DNA of 64,000 nt. Source: a virus. The DNA lies in the IMG/VR virus record IMGVR_UViG_3300042292_000979; one strand, given 5' to 3'. Positions 19,004-31,010 of the stretch are shown one piece after another (position 1 is the first letter of the stretch; every line of letters begins with the position of its first letter). Position numbers and translations under genes: made by a program. The notes under the pieces are model-generated. The model did no database searches. It saw nothing but the letters and a program-made list of their open reading frames with translations, and was not told the origin of the DNA.

Positions 19004-20269
19004 ATGGCTCTACCAGGTGTAAAAACAATAATTAAAGACCGCTTCTACAGCATCTCCCGTCAAGATAGTCCAGTCGGACCTAGAGTTGTGGTATTAGCAA
19101 AAAGATCAACAGCAGATGGAACAGGCAACGTCGCAGACCTTGACGTAGTTCAGTGCACAAATGAACAAGATGTCATAACTGCTTTTGGCGTTGATTCAGC
19201 TTGTCACAGAGCTTTTTTTGAGCTTGTTTCTGCAGGCGCAGAAAGAATCTATATGGTCCCACTGCCAAGTGATACTACATGGAACCACAGTACAGCTGCG
19301 GTAACAAGTAGTAATTTTGGTGGTAGCATTCTCGATGCAATGTTCATTGCAGCAGAAGCTGCTCAGCCAGACATCATACTTCCTTGGGGAAGTGGTGCAA
19401 GAGCAGGACTCTGGTCCGCAACTCCTTCTGAAGCTTTTTCCGCATCTGCCGATACAATTTACGGATTTCATGCAGACAACTCAGTAACAATTGGAAATAA
19501 CTGGGCAGTAAAAATTGCTGATAAAGTTAAAGCAATCAATGAGAACAGTCATCCATGTTTCGCTGTTATGGGAACAAAGCCATATGTCGGCGCTAACGAC
19601 GTAATGACTCCTGGACAAGTAGCAACACACCTCGGCTTAACAACTCTTTCAGACAGAGATTCAGCAACAACATATAACGGAGTTGCTGCTAAGGAACTTG
19701 GAAGACACGTTGCAGTAATTGGTGCAGAGTTAAAGCCTGCAGGTTATCCAGCGGAATGGGGTTATTCAAATGGTGCATCAGTGTTAACTGCTGCAGTTAG
19801 CAGAATGGCTTCATACACTTCAACTATAAACAAGACAGTTTACAACGTTGCAGCGCTAAGATACAATCCTAGCAAAACAACCTTGTTGGCAATGACCAAT
19901 AAGGGTGTAAACTCAATCATGTTAAACTTCAATAGAGCTCCAATCTTCACAGATGGTGTAACATTTGCTGGTTCTAGTTCAGACTACACAAGACTGACAA
20001 CACTGAGAATTGTTAACGAAGCAATGTTAGTTGTCCGTCAGAGCTGTCAGAAGTTCATTGGTCAACCTTCAACTATTCAAGTTAGAAACTCAATGGAAAC
20101 CTCGATTACTTCATCCCTTAGAGGAATGCAGCAGTTGGGTGCCATCTTAGATAGCGATTTCAACATTAGATACATCGCTGAAGAAAACAAAGCACTTATT
20201 GACCTAGTTATAACACCTGCATTTGAACTTAGAAACATCGAAGTCCAAATGTCAGTTGAACTTGGTTAA
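19004..20269 (+). CDS. Major tail sheath protein
   Basis: MALPGV N-terminus; C-terminal YTRLTTLRIVN...KFIGQP...L..M...GAI...IDLVITPAFELRNIEV sheath signature; followed by tube genes. Confidence 0.85.
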   Translation: MALPGVKTIIKDRFYSISRQDSPVGPRVVVLAKRSTADGTGNVADLDVVQCTNEQDVITAFGVDSACHRAFFELVSAGAERIYMVPLPSDTTWNHSTAAVTSSNFGGSILDAMFIAAEAAQPDIILPWGSGARAGLWSATPSEAFSASADTIYGFHADNSVTIGNNWAVKIADKVKAINENSHPCFAVMGTKPYVGANDVMTPGQVATHLGLTTLSDRDSATTYNGVAAKELGRHVAVIGAELKPAGYPAEWGYSNGASVLTAAVSRMASYTSTINKTVYNVAALRYNPSKTTLLAMTNKGVNSIMLNFNRAPIFTDGVTFAGSSSDYTRLTTLRIVNEAMLVVRQSCQKFIGQPSTIQVRNSMETSITSSLRGMQQLGAILDSDFNIRYIAEENKALIDLVITPAFELRNIEVQMSVELG

Positions 20270-20316
20270 TATCATATAAAAACACTGCAAATTTATATAC
20301 CGATTAGGAGGGTAAT

Positions 20317-21006
20317 ATGGCAGGCGAATACTACGACAGTCCAGTAAACAAGTATCTCAATACTTATACAACATTTTCTGGTGCTGATATTGTTGCCACT
20401 TTTGGTGGCGTTGAAATCGGAGCTCTTTCGGGAATCACTTTTTCGGTGACAAGAGAAAAGGCGCCAATTTATACAATGGGTTCACCAAACCCACGTTCAT
20501 TTTCAAGAGGTAAAAGAGGTATTGCTGGTTCGTTAATATTCACAGTATTTGACCGCCCAGCTCTGTACCAGATGCTTGAGACACATCATAACTCTTCTTC
20601 GGAAATGAAGTTTTTCACAAGAGCTCATAATACACTTCCTGGCGATCCAAGCCACAAGAGAGGTATTGCTGAAGTAACAAATCAAACAAGAGACGTAGTT
20701 AGCAAGACACCATACTATGCAGACCAAATCCCACCATTCGATATTACAATCACATTTGTTAACGAATATGGCCAAGCTGCTGTTAGATCAATCTATGGTG
20801 TTGAACTGTTAAATGAAGGTTCAGGAGCTTCGATGGATGACATTGTTATCGAAGAGACAATGACATACGTTGCTCGTGAAATTGGTCCAATGTATAAGAT
20901 TACAACGGATAATCTTAACAGATTCAACTCAGATGACCTAGGTTCATTAATCAGCAAAGATGCAGTATCATCTAGCGGATTAAACAGCGAGATAATTAGA
21001 CCATAA
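20317..21006 (+). CDS. Major tail tube protein
   Basis: Follows the sheath with a GGAGG RBS; FSGADI...REKAPIYTMG..NPRSFSRGKRGIAGSLIF...PPFDITI...NEYG...YVAR. Confidence 0.75.
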   Translation: MAGEYYDSPVNKYLNTYTTFSGADIVATFGGVEIGALSGITFSVTREKAPIYTMGSPNPRSFSRGKRGIAGSLIFTVFDRPALYQMLETHHNSSSEMKFFTRAHNTLPGDPSHKRGIAEVTNQTRDVVSKTPYYADQIPPFDITITFVNEYGQAAVRSIYGVELLNEGSGASMDDIVIEETMTYVAREIGPMYKITTDNLNRFNSDDLGSLISKDAVSSSGLNSEIIRP

Positions 21007-21034
21007 TTATAATCAAATAAGTATAGTAGTAATT

Positions 21035-21083
21035 AAATAGTGGAGGACTTGGTGTAGGACCAATCCTCCACTATTTTATTTTT
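21035..21083 (+). terminator. Rho-independent terminator after the sheath-tube unit
   Basis: AAATAGTGGAGGA-c-TTGGT-gtagg-ACCAA-TCCTCCACTATTT hairpin followed by TATTTTT. Confidence 0.75.
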
Positions 21084-21093
21084 AAGGAACAAC

Positions 21094-21867
21094 ATGGCAT
21101 TTAACAAAGAAAATGTATCAGATATAGCAAATCTCACAACTATATCATCAAGAAAAAATAGACTCTCTACCTATGAAGAGGGTGTAAAAGAATTTAGGAA
21201 AAATAATAATCTTCCAGATCCATTTTCTGATATGTCATTTTCGGGTGCAGACATAACAGCTACAATCATTATTCCTAAAATTGGAGAAAATGGATTCATT
21301 TCCAATGAAGGCGATGTGCTAGAAATGGCAGAGCTTCAAACAATATCATATTCAATGCACAGAGAAAACTCTCCGGTAAGAACGCTTGGTCATGTCAACC
21401 CAAGAGGGTTTGTCAAAGGTGCCAGAACCATAGCTGGAAGCATGATATTTACTCAGTTTAACGAGTATGCATTTTATAGAATAGAAAGTTATAGAAAAAT
21501 TCTTTCTGACAGCAAGGGCTACTTTGCCCCATTGGCAGACATGTTGCCACCATTTGATATTGTATTTACCTTCTTTAACGAATACGGCTTGGCAGCAAAA
21601 ATGAAAATATTTGGTGTTACCCTTGTGGATGAGGGTGGTACTATGTCAATAGACGACTTAATTACTGAGCAAACTTATACGTATATGGCTAGAGGGCTAC
21701 AGCCTCTGGTACAATTAGATACGGCTCGTGATGACCTTAGATACCCAGATGGATATCAAGCTCAACAAAACGAGAGATTAAGAATATCAACAAATGCTTT
21801 TGGAGATAGAGTCGAAGATTATAAGAATTTTATTGAAAGAATATATTCACCGCCTACAATCGTTTAA
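21094..21867 (+). CDS. Tail tube paralog 2
   Basis: FSGADI...REN.PVRTLG..NPRGF.KG.RTIAGSMIF...PPFDI...NEYG...YMAR, clearly paralogous to 20317..21006. Confidence 0.7.
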   Translation: MAFNKENVSDIANLTTISSRKNRLSTYEEGVKEFRKNNNLPDPFSDMSFSGADITATIIIPKIGENGFISNEGDVLEMAELQTISYSMHRENSPVRTLGHVNPRGFVKGARTIAGSMIFTQFNEYAFYRIESYRKILSDSKGYFAPLADMLPPFDIVFTFFNEYGLAAKMKIFGVTLVDEGGTMSIDDLITEQTYTYMARGLQPLVQLDTARDDLRYPDGYQAQQNERLRISTNAFGDRVEDYKNFIERIYSPPTIV

Positions 21868-21876
21868 GGTTTAAGT

Positions 21877-22914
21877 ATGACAAGTCCATATAGAACTGTT
21901 CCATATAGACCATTTAGTGGCTATATTCCATATCAGGATACCGTCTCAACTAATCCTGGTCTAGGAAACAAAAATGGAACATTTGATCCTCTTAGTGCAG
22001 AGTTAGATCTTTATTGGGCTGGTGGCAAAACTACTGGAGATCCTCGTTTTAGTAATTATTATGATTACTTTTTCTCCGGTGAAGATGTAAAAGTATATAT
22101 CGATGGTTTGTTTGATCCAAAAGATGAACTAGATATAGCTGGATTTGGTTTTTTAATTAAACAAGAAAAGCAAGCAGTCTACGGATTCTGGTCATACAAC
22201 TTTGATGCCATGATGAATGGATCTAGAATAATAACTGGTCAGTTTTCCTTGTACTCAAGGTACCCTAGAAGGATGACACACCTTCTAGAAGAGGCAGCAA
22301 GAGTTAGAAGCTTCTCTGCATCGGGTAAATCTGATAATTCTGGAGTTGTATCTGTTTTAAGATCACAAAACGAATCAAGAACAGATGAAGAAAACATACA
22401 GAAATATTGGGCCAATAGTCAGTTAGATAGAATAACTACTGATCCAGCAATAAGCACATCTTCAGCAGATGGCCAACATAACATCTTCAGTGCTCATCCT
22501 CCATTTAACTTCGTTATAGTCTATGGGGTAGAGGAATCCAGTTTGAGCCCCGTAGGAGTCACGGAGAACGCTTCTACGGCCTCTATGGAGCAGAGAGACA
22601 ACTTGGACAGGATAATCTCTACTGATATAAATGAGCGAAAAGTTAAGATGGCTGACAATAAAACTCCAATGAAGATTGTTTTACAAAATGTACACCTAAT
22701 GCAAATGAGCACAGAATACCAAAGTGGAGGATCTCCCCTGATAGAGACCTACAGCTTTGTGGCTAGAGACTTCTATCTTACAGAGGCAGAATCCGGCTTT
22801 AATCCATATACTGGTAAGACGTTTGTTACAACAGAGCCACAGGCTTCTAATGCTACAAAATCGGTGGTTGAGAGTCCATTGGTGAACAGGACCGAAAGTA
22901 CTCTGCCGAGATAA
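21877..22914 (+). CDS. Tail tube paralog 3 (divergent)
   Basis: FSGEDV...QEKQAVYGFW...G.RIITGQF...PPFNFVI.YG...ETYSFVARD. Confidence 0.6.
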   Translation: MTSPYRTVPYRPFSGYIPYQDTVSTNPGLGNKNGTFDPLSAELDLYWAGGKTTGDPRFSNYYDYFFSGEDVKVYIDGLFDPKDELDIAGFGFLIKQEKQAVYGFWSYNFDAMMNGSRIITGQFSLYSRYPRRMTHLLEEAARVRSFSASGKSDNSGVVSVLRSQNESRTDEENIQKYWANSQLDRITTDPAISTSSADGQHNIFSAHPPFNFVIVYGVEESSLSPVGVTENASTASMEQRDNLDRIISTDINERKVKMADNKTPMKIVLQNVHLMQMSTEYQSGGSPLIETYSFVARDFYLTEAESGFNPYTGKTFVTTEPQASNATKSVVESPLVNRTESTLPR

Positions 22915-22931
22915 TAATTTTAATATAGATA

Positions 22932-22940
22932 TGATATAAT
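22932..22940 (+). promoter_or_regulatory. Extended -10 element TGATATAAT
   Basis: In the gap before the chaperone gene, upstream of an AAGGAG RBS. Confidence 0.5.
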
Positions 22941-22968
22941 GTAACTTGAAACAATATAAGGAGAAACA

Positions 22969-23508
22969 ATGTCTGAGAAGAGAAAAGTTGTAGTTAGACA
23001 AGATAAAAAAATGGCAGAAGAAATTTCTGCTGATTCAGTTGATATTTTTTTAGAAACCGATGAACCACAAGATGGCGATATCGTTGTATCAGATTATTCA
23101 GATGAGCAAATCCCTGTTGAGCAAGCTACAACAGTTGAGGAATTAGCAGATGATCAGGTTATTTTTGATAACGGTCCTACAGCTGGACAAATCAAAGCAT
23201 GGAAGAAGCAGTACGGTGAAGTTTACGTAACTTCTATTTCATTTGATAAGCATATCATATGGCGCGTTCTTTCTAGAATCGAATATAAGCAGCTTGTTAA
23301 AAAGATGGAAACCTTAATGCAAGCTGGTCAGCTATCTAATGCAGAGGCAAATATGTGGAACGAAGAAGCAATTTCAGAACTTTGCATTTTGTTCCCATCT
23401 TATGACAAGCAAGCTCTTACTGGTGACATGGCAGGTCTTCCTTCTCTGATCTCACAAGAAGTCTTAGAAGCTTCTGGATTCGTTGCTTTAGAGGTTAGAC
23501 AACTCTAA
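22969..23508 (+). CDS. Tail assembly chaperone 1
   Basis: Between tube and tape-measure genes; IKAWKKQYGEVY...IWRVLSRIEYK...G.PSLISQEVLEASGF. Confidence 0.65.
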   Translation: MSEKRKVVVRQDKKMAEEISADSVDIFLETDEPQDGDIVVSDYSDEQIPVEQATTVEELADDQVIFDNGPTAGQIKAWKKQYGEVYVTSISFDKHIIWRVLSRIEYKQLVKKMETLMQAGQLSNAEANMWNEEAISELCILFPSYDKQALTGDMAGLPSLISQEVLEASGFVALEVRQL

Positions 23509-23509
23509 G

Positions 23510-24143
23510 ATGTTAGATGCAGGAATTCTTTTTGAGCTAAAGAAAAAACATGGTTCAATATTTCAGACTGAAATAAAACGGATCTGAAATAGTATTTAAA
23601 GAATTAACTTTTTCTGAATTTGACAAAGTTGCGGCATATAAAAGTACCGAAGGTAATTCTTCCGCCGACGCAGAAGATGAAATTATTAGGGCATCCGTAG
23701 TTTATCCTGAAGATTTTGATTTAAATAAATTTCCACCTGGAGCCATAAGTTCTTTAGCTGAGCAGATAATTGAGTTCTCTGGCTTCGCATCAGCACGCAC
23801 AGCTAAGCGAATTTTAGAAGAAAAAAGAGTAATAGCTAATCATGTTAGAGGCTTAATGAAAGCCTTTGTTCTAGCTACTATACATACAGATACTCCAGAA
23901 TTTCTAGATTCGCTAACCTATTCAAAGCTAGCGGAAAGAGTTGCATTGGCAGAAAAAATAATTGAAGTTCAGCAAGCAATTGCTGGAATAGAATCCACTA
24001 ATGTATCTCTATCCCTGATAGATCCTCAGGAAGAAAGAGAAAAAGAGAATCTATCAGCAGCTAGACACAATGCATCTAAGGTTGAAGGATCTGCAACATA
24101 TAGTGACCCCATTGCTCAAAAACTATGGGGTATGAGCAGATAA
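23510..24143 (+). CDS. Tail assembly chaperone 2 (210 aa); needs +1 recoding at CGGA 23579
   Basis: The joined product LKKKHGSIFQTEIK-G-SEIVFKELTFSEF...PGAISSLAEQIIEFSGF aligns with chaperone 1 on both sides of the shift. The track ORF 23856..24143 is its C-terminus. Confidence 0.8.
23579..23582 (+). other. Recoding site 3: AAA CGGA TCT
   Basis: The +1 frame is closed by TAA 23574 and the 0 frame by TGA 23585. An adjacent A4 run is an alternative indel site. Confidence 0.75.
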
Positions 24144-24165
24144 TACAAGAGGGGGGGGGTGAAGA

Positions 24166-27100
24166 ATGCAGAGAGATAAAGGACCAATCCATAATATTGG
24201 ATTTGGCGTAACTTCTAGGGAATTCACCACCGGAGACGATACTCAGAACGGTCCATCCCCAGATTCTGGATATGTCAACAGAGCCTTAGAAGGTAGACCA
24301 CTAGTAAAGATGGCTACGGCCATGATCGCTACTGGCGTTGCAGCTACAGTTGCTGGAAAGTTCGTAAGAGGTGGTGGCTTAAAAATACGGAAAAGCCCTT
24401 ACTGAAAGAGCAGCAACATCTGCCGAAGGTAGCTTTATATCTAGAGCTAACTATGGTTTACTAAAAGCAAGAAGTATACTCGATGAACTTGAGGGAGTAA
24501 CTCGTTTAGAAGAGGGAAAAACAAAATTAGTTTTTGATTCCGCTGGAAAACTTCAAACAGGTTACGAAGGACATAAGAGCGTTGTTAATGCAGGTTATGC
24601 ATTTAGAGCAGAAGGAAGAGGCGCTTCATCAACTGCAACATGGCATTATAGAGATGAGCTCCAACAGAGGCTAGTTCGTCAAGCTAGAAGACTACCATAT
24701 GAAGTACCTGCTTTTTATGCTGCAGATAAGTATATAACTAAACCACTGTTCGGTACCGGTGAAGAAGATCTTGGACCAAAAAAGAAATGGTATGATCCAT
24801 CTAGAGGTGTAGATATAGCTAAGGATTTAGCTAAAACAACACTATTCCAAATGGGTGGATTCATGCTACCAACAGCTGCAGCTGGTGCAGCAAAAGAAAG
24901 CTCATTAAATTTTTATAGAACAGCACAAGAAAGACTCATGGCGACAAACGCTACGGGTTTTTCAAACTTAAGCGCTGGTACAGCAAAACACGCTATTTAT
25001 GAAAAGTCGTTAAACCTTAAAGGAATGCTTGAAGGTGTTGGTCACGATTTATTTAGCGTATTAGATAAATCAATTAAGTTCTCAGAAAGATCATCCGGAG
25101 CTTTAGCAAGTGCATTTGTTGCAATGACAGATGTTCACAAAAACCCAGTTGCAGCTCTGTATTCGCAAAGACATGGTTCTACTCCAGCACCTGGTCTATC
25201 AAAGCCTTCTAGGAAACAAGTAATACAAAATTTAGCTAAAGATATATACAAGGGTGATAAAGCAGCAATAAATAAGATCACAACAAGTAATAGAGTAGGT
25301 ACTGTACAAGGAACAAAAATAGATTCAATGTTGGATCTAATTCCTGGTTACAAAGCTGTCAGACAAGGCGCTAAATCAGCACATGAAGAATACCAAAAAC
25401 TTTCGTTTGCTCAGTCATTCCTAGATAAGCCTGGAACAAATTGGAATAAAATACAAGAAGGTTTTGGAAAAATTCTTGGAGCCGATAAGGCAACTACAGA
25501 AGGCGCCCAATTAATTAACACCTCACTTGGTGAATCAGTACTGAACATACAAAGAAAAAGATCATCAGATGTATTTAGTCTTTTAAGAGAATTTGAAACT
25601 AAAACTGGTGGAAAAGGAGCATCAACTGATTTCATAAAGATGCTAAGGCAAGGTGCCTATAAGAGTAGATTAGAGCAGCGATTAATAGACGATGGGCTAA
25701 GTGAATCAGTTGCCAAAAAATTTAGTCAAAATCTTTCTGTTAGTGATGATATCTATAGAAAAATTTCTACAGGTGATGATGGATTTGTAAAAGAAATAAT
25801 CAGCCCAACTGAACGATTGAAAATGGGCAATGAAGATATTGTTGGAGAAGATTTTTTTGGTCAAATAATAGCTAGATTTAATTCTGGAAAATATGGAAAG
25901 AATAATCCAATACCAGATACTTTTGATGCAGACAAACTTAAAAGAGCAGTAAGTGCAGTAGATCAATCTCTATATAGAGAGTCTATGAGAAGTAATTTAA
26001 ATGTTGGCATAAATGTATCTGCAGCTCATAGTTCAGCTAGAGAAATTTTTGAAAAAGAAGTTTTTTCTTCGGTATTAAAACCGCAAAAATTAAATAGATT
26101 AAACTTCCTTGATTCAGCTGGGGATTCAATTCAGGCATCTCAAGCTAGACTTGAAATGGCTAAAAGAGCTGGAAAAGTATTTGGATTAGATGAATCAACA
26201 TTGGGAGATCCAAGTCAATTAGCTAAAGCATTAGGTGCTCGTGGAATAGATATGAGAAACGCCTCTCAACTTAGAGGCTACTTAATGAATAATAAGGAAA
26301 TGGTTGCCGGTCCAACATCTGGATTAGCAGGAATTTTTGGATTAAAAGGTCTTACTGTAGACGATTTTCTAGAAAGAGAAAACCTATCTTATAAAACAAT
26401 TACAGATCAAATAGCAGAAGGTCCACTCCAAAAATCGCTAACTAAAAATATACTAAGTGGGGACAGCAGTGCTGAGCTAGGTATATTAAATAGAATTAAA
26501 ACATCTTCTACTCAAACTACATTGAGTAATGTTAAAGGATATTATCAGTCCAGTAGTGGAGATGTAGTAAACTTTAATCCAATTAGATCTGGACTTAGAA
26601 AAGTAACAGAAGCATTAGCTACTGAAACAAAGGTTCCAATTATTGGGATTAACCCAATGCAAATGTTGGGCTATAAAGACTTTGCTGGAATGGCAAAAGC
26701 TGGAAGATATCAAGTAACTTCAGGAGCAGCAAGCCAACCATTTGTTAAAGGATCTAAAGCAGATTTTTATACATGGCACAGTACAGGTGGATTCCTAGGA
26801 ACAAAAGGAAGATTATACGAACACGCTGCTGGTGCAGCTACAGCTTTAGAAGGAACATATAGACCAATCCCAACATCAGTTTCGTCAATGTTTACGAGCA
26901 CCGCAGAACTAGCTGCTGGAAAAAGAACGCAACAAACTCGCACAGCAACAAGTTTAATAGGAAAAGTTAAAGAACGTTTAGATTACGCAGATGATCAACC
27001 AAACTCTTTATTTAGATTTTTTGGAAGATTAGTTAACAGACAGGCCGATATAGAAAACGATGCCGTAATGGCTAAACTCATATCTGGTGAGATCGATGAA

Positions 27101-30100
27101 ACATTTTCAGTTGGTGGGTTTGGAAGAAAAAAGAATTTACAATTACGCACTGAATTAGACGATGTTGGAGAAATTGCTAAATATAATTTACTTGATGTTG
27201 ACTCAGGAGCACAAGTAGCATCACATTCTCAGTTAATGGAAGCATTTACTAGATTTGCAAACAGACAATTAAGCTATGGAACTAATAAATCAGTTCAAAG
27301 AAAAGTGCTTGGTTCGTTTGGGCCTGACGAACTTGGAGGTCTTGGCGTTGATGATATTACCGGAATATCAACTCCAGCTCAAGCAAGCAGGGTATCAGAA
27401 GCCTTAGCAAATCTCTTAGAATCTCAAAGAAAATCAATGGTTCCAGGAAATGAAAATGATTTAAAAAGATATCAGGATGTAAGTAAGGCTTTTGCTAGAA
27501 TTAAATCTTTTGCAGACATAGATGATTTCTCGCAACAATCAAAGATGTTTGAAAAATCATCTAGCATTGTAACTAAAGGCGATGAAATGTCGTCAGAAGT
27601 ATTCAGATTTCTTCTAGAAAGAAAAGCAATACTAACCGGCGATCCAATGACGGTAATGCAAAATGTTAGTTCTGCTATAGATGATTTAACTGCAAGAGGG
27701 ATTATATCATCTGCACAAAAAGCAGAAGCCCAAGCTTCTGCATTATCTACAATATTTAACTTAACAGCATTCGAAACATATAAGTTCAATCCTGGAACCG
27801 GGTTGTCTGGAGTAGAAGAAAATTTAACAGGAGTCTTACAAAACCCTTTAAGAAGATTCCAAGAAACGCGAAAATTATTAAGCGATCAATCTCTAAAAGG
27901 CTTATTAGATCCACATATTGAAGGTAACATAGTTACAACTGGTCAATCTTCAATGGTTTCTCAAATGGGTATAAATAAACCATTTGCTGTGTTTAAGAAA
28001 AATTTGGGAATGGGAAGATATGTAGAGAAACCATCTGCAAGTCCTTTATCCGGACAATCCGGTCCAGAGACATACGCATTTGTTCCAACTTTTGGCACAG
28101 CTCTTAAGAGGAATCCAAAAGCAGCATTACTCAGCGCTGCTGGAATAAAAACATATGGAAATGAAGAAGGTTTTTCTTTAGCATCTGTTCCAATATCTCA
28201 TGGTTTCAATAGATTAAATAGATACTTTGGAACTGTTGGTTCTAGTCTAGATCCAGATAATTTCCACGGTCCTCTTGATATGTATTTCAGGGGAATGAAT
28301 GCAGAAAGAGTACTGCCAGCAGTTGCCATAGGTACAACTGCATTAGCTGTCGATAGAACCGTAGGCGGATATACCCAAGGAAAAGACGAAAGAGGAGAAA
28401 GAGTATATTCTCCATTTGCACTTGGTGCAGTAGCTAGAGTTGGAGTTGAAGCCCAAGCAGCAATATCTGGTGTTGTACCTGGCGGAATGGGTTACGGACA
28501 AAAAAGACAGCAGTTATTAACTGGCGAAGTGCCAATTAAAAAGGGAAGATACTGGCCTCTAGGTAATACAAAATTTAGTGGTGGAAAGATAGAATATTAC
28601 AGACCATCTTGGTATAGAAGACTACAAGGTGGAGCGATGTTTACATCAGACACTTATGGCAGTCCAATGGAAAAGATGTTATATTACAATGACTTTTCTC
28701 CACTAAGACCATTAGACCCTTATAAGTTTGAAAAAAAACACTATCAAGATAGACCGTATCCTGTAACTGGAGAATACTTTTCTGGACCGTTTGGTGCAGC
28801 AGTACCAGTATTAAATGCAACTATAGGAAGAATCCTAAAGCCTCAAAAGGTAATGCATAAACAGGAACTAGACAGAGCATTATCTAGCTACGTTCCAGTT
28901 GGCGCCAGCGGTGCCTACATGCCTCAGGAGGCTCCTGGCAACGTTGGATACGTAGAGCAAAGGGATCCAGCTGTTAGCTACCCAGCAGCTCGTCCAGCCG
29001 CTTATGGCGGAAAACCGCTTAGGTTTATATCTCCACTGTCAGACTACGCTGGTGCAGCAGCCTCATCTCCAATTGGAGGTATAGCTGGATCTTATAATAT
29101 TTCTCGTTCAAATCAAATGCTAGCTAACAGCAGCGGACCATTAAATACCGCAAGACAGTTGGTTCGTGGTCAGTCTGGAGCGCAAAACGACGCTTTAGCA
29201 GCAGCAGCATATCAAAGAGTTCCTGTTTCATCTCAGGTTCAACCAGTTCAATTTGGTCCACCAACAGGACCTGGAATTATGCCATCAAAAATTGTTGCAG
29301 CAGGCTTGCCAATAAGATCAGGTAGCAACGAATTCCAATCTGGAGAACTTGGTTACAGGTTGCAGGAAACATTTGGTATATATGGTTTTGCTGGTGGCAA
29401 TATAAGATCTGCTCTTGGCTTTGGTTCCTATGACTTTGAACCAGACAAATCAGTTTTACAATCAGCATCAAAAGCATATGGCACTACTAGAGCTTTTTGG
29501 GATTTAAACTTAGGTGGATTAGGAGACGTACCTCTTCAATCTGATGGTGCTCTTGGAAATATTGAAGCTTCTGAAATAGTCAGAAGATTTATTCCAAAGG
29601 AAAGAACTAATGTTAATTTCATTAACCCTATTAAGAATACAATGGGTAAGCAGTATCCATTCCTTCCTAACAGTAGTAACTTTATTGACTTTACTACAGG
29701 TGATCCATTCACTAAGGTAAAAGAAGGTGAATTAAGATTGCCAGGTGTGGGTTACGAAAGATTTAATAGAGTTTATTCTGATTCCAATGGAAGATACGGA
29801 GCAGTAAACCAACTTGACATTCTTGCTGACGTAGCTCCATACTCTAAAGAGTTTAGAGCTTTAAATTCAAGAATAGATAAAATGGGATTAGGTGAAGATG
29901 AAAGAATTAAAGTTGGACAAATAAGAGCTCAGCAAAATGCTATAGCACAAAGTAAAACTGATTTTACTCCTTATACGGATTATTCTACAGTTGAAAAAAT
30001 AACTAACCCAATACGAACAATAAAAGAATCTGTACTACACACAGACAACTTTATTAACAACAAATTTACTGGAAAGAAAACAGCAACTGAAGATTGGGAA

Positions 30101-31006
30101 AGAAGAAATGTTTATGGTTCAACATTTCCTGAATGGCAAAATCCAGTTGAAAGCTTTATTAAACCAATCTATTATAAAGGAACTCAAAGAAACCCTCTCT
30201 TAGCGGCGGGAATAGGAGCAGTTGCATTTGGTTCTTTTGGTAAAACTAAAAGAATGCAAACAGCTCTTGCAACTGTAGGAGCTGTAACAGTTGGTGGTTA
30301 TTCAGCTCTTCAGAAAATGAAAGAGACTAGATATATTCCAATAAATAGAAAAAAAGAATTAGCACTTGAAGAATATGTTGATATATTAAGTTATGTAAAA
30401 AATAGAACAGCTGCAGCCAGAGCAGAAAAAGTTGGAGATATAGAATCAGCTAAACAATTTATGTTAGCTAGTAAAAAAACAATGTATGGCGCAGATCTTA
30501 ATACGAAATCGATAGACCAACTTGCAGCAGCAATACCAAAAAGAAAAAGAGAACACTTTAGAGCAATGCTTGAGGCACCTAAGGGTGAGAGAAGTAAGAT
30601 ATTATCTACTGCTGGAAGATTAGAAAGAAGAATATACGAAGCTGCTTGGGGAATGCCAGTAGAGAGAAAACCGGATTTAGTAAATTATTTTACTAGACAT
30701 GAACTACCTGCTGCTGGTTCTGAAGTATGGCATCCAAATACAAATATGGAACATGTAAAAATAAAAATGGGTCAATCAATGGGTCTTGAAATGTCACAAA
30801 TGGGTTACTTCCCACAGCAAGTAAAAGAAGCAAACTTAGTTAACCCTAGTTATCCCATGTTTGGGCAGGGGGGTTCTTCTCCAGAAGATGTTAGGTCTAA
30901 ATTACAAAGACTTATGTTTGACATGGGAATAAATGGAAACATATCTCCAGTAATGAACAATTCAAATCCAGGTTCAGTAAATATTATGGCTGGAATAAGA
31001 GGATAA
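24166..31006 (+). CDS. Tape-measure-like giant virion protein (~2279 aa); needs +1 recoding at CGGA 24388
   Basis: Track ORFs 24166..24405 and 24851..31006 join: the +1 frame from 24389 runs 154 codons without a stop or start into ATG 24851. Ala/Gly/Lys-rich, located right after the chaperones. Confidence 0.7.
24388..24391 (+). other. Recoding site 4: ATA CGGA AAA
   Basis: Codon 75. The +1 frame is closed by TAA 24380 and the 0 frame by TGA 24403. Flanking A runs are alternative indel sites. Confidence 0.75.
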
Positions 31007-31010
31007 TAAA

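Noticed and set aside
21035-21083. tRNA or other structured ncRNA
   Set aside because: A single hairpin with a U-rich tail fits an intrinsic terminator; no cloverleaf was seen here or in other gaps.
22969-24143. Classical -1 tail-chaperone (lambda G/GT-type) frameshift
   Set aside because: I see no slippery heptamer at the end of chaperone 1. Chaperone 2 has its own ATG and its break is +1 at CGGA like the other sites.
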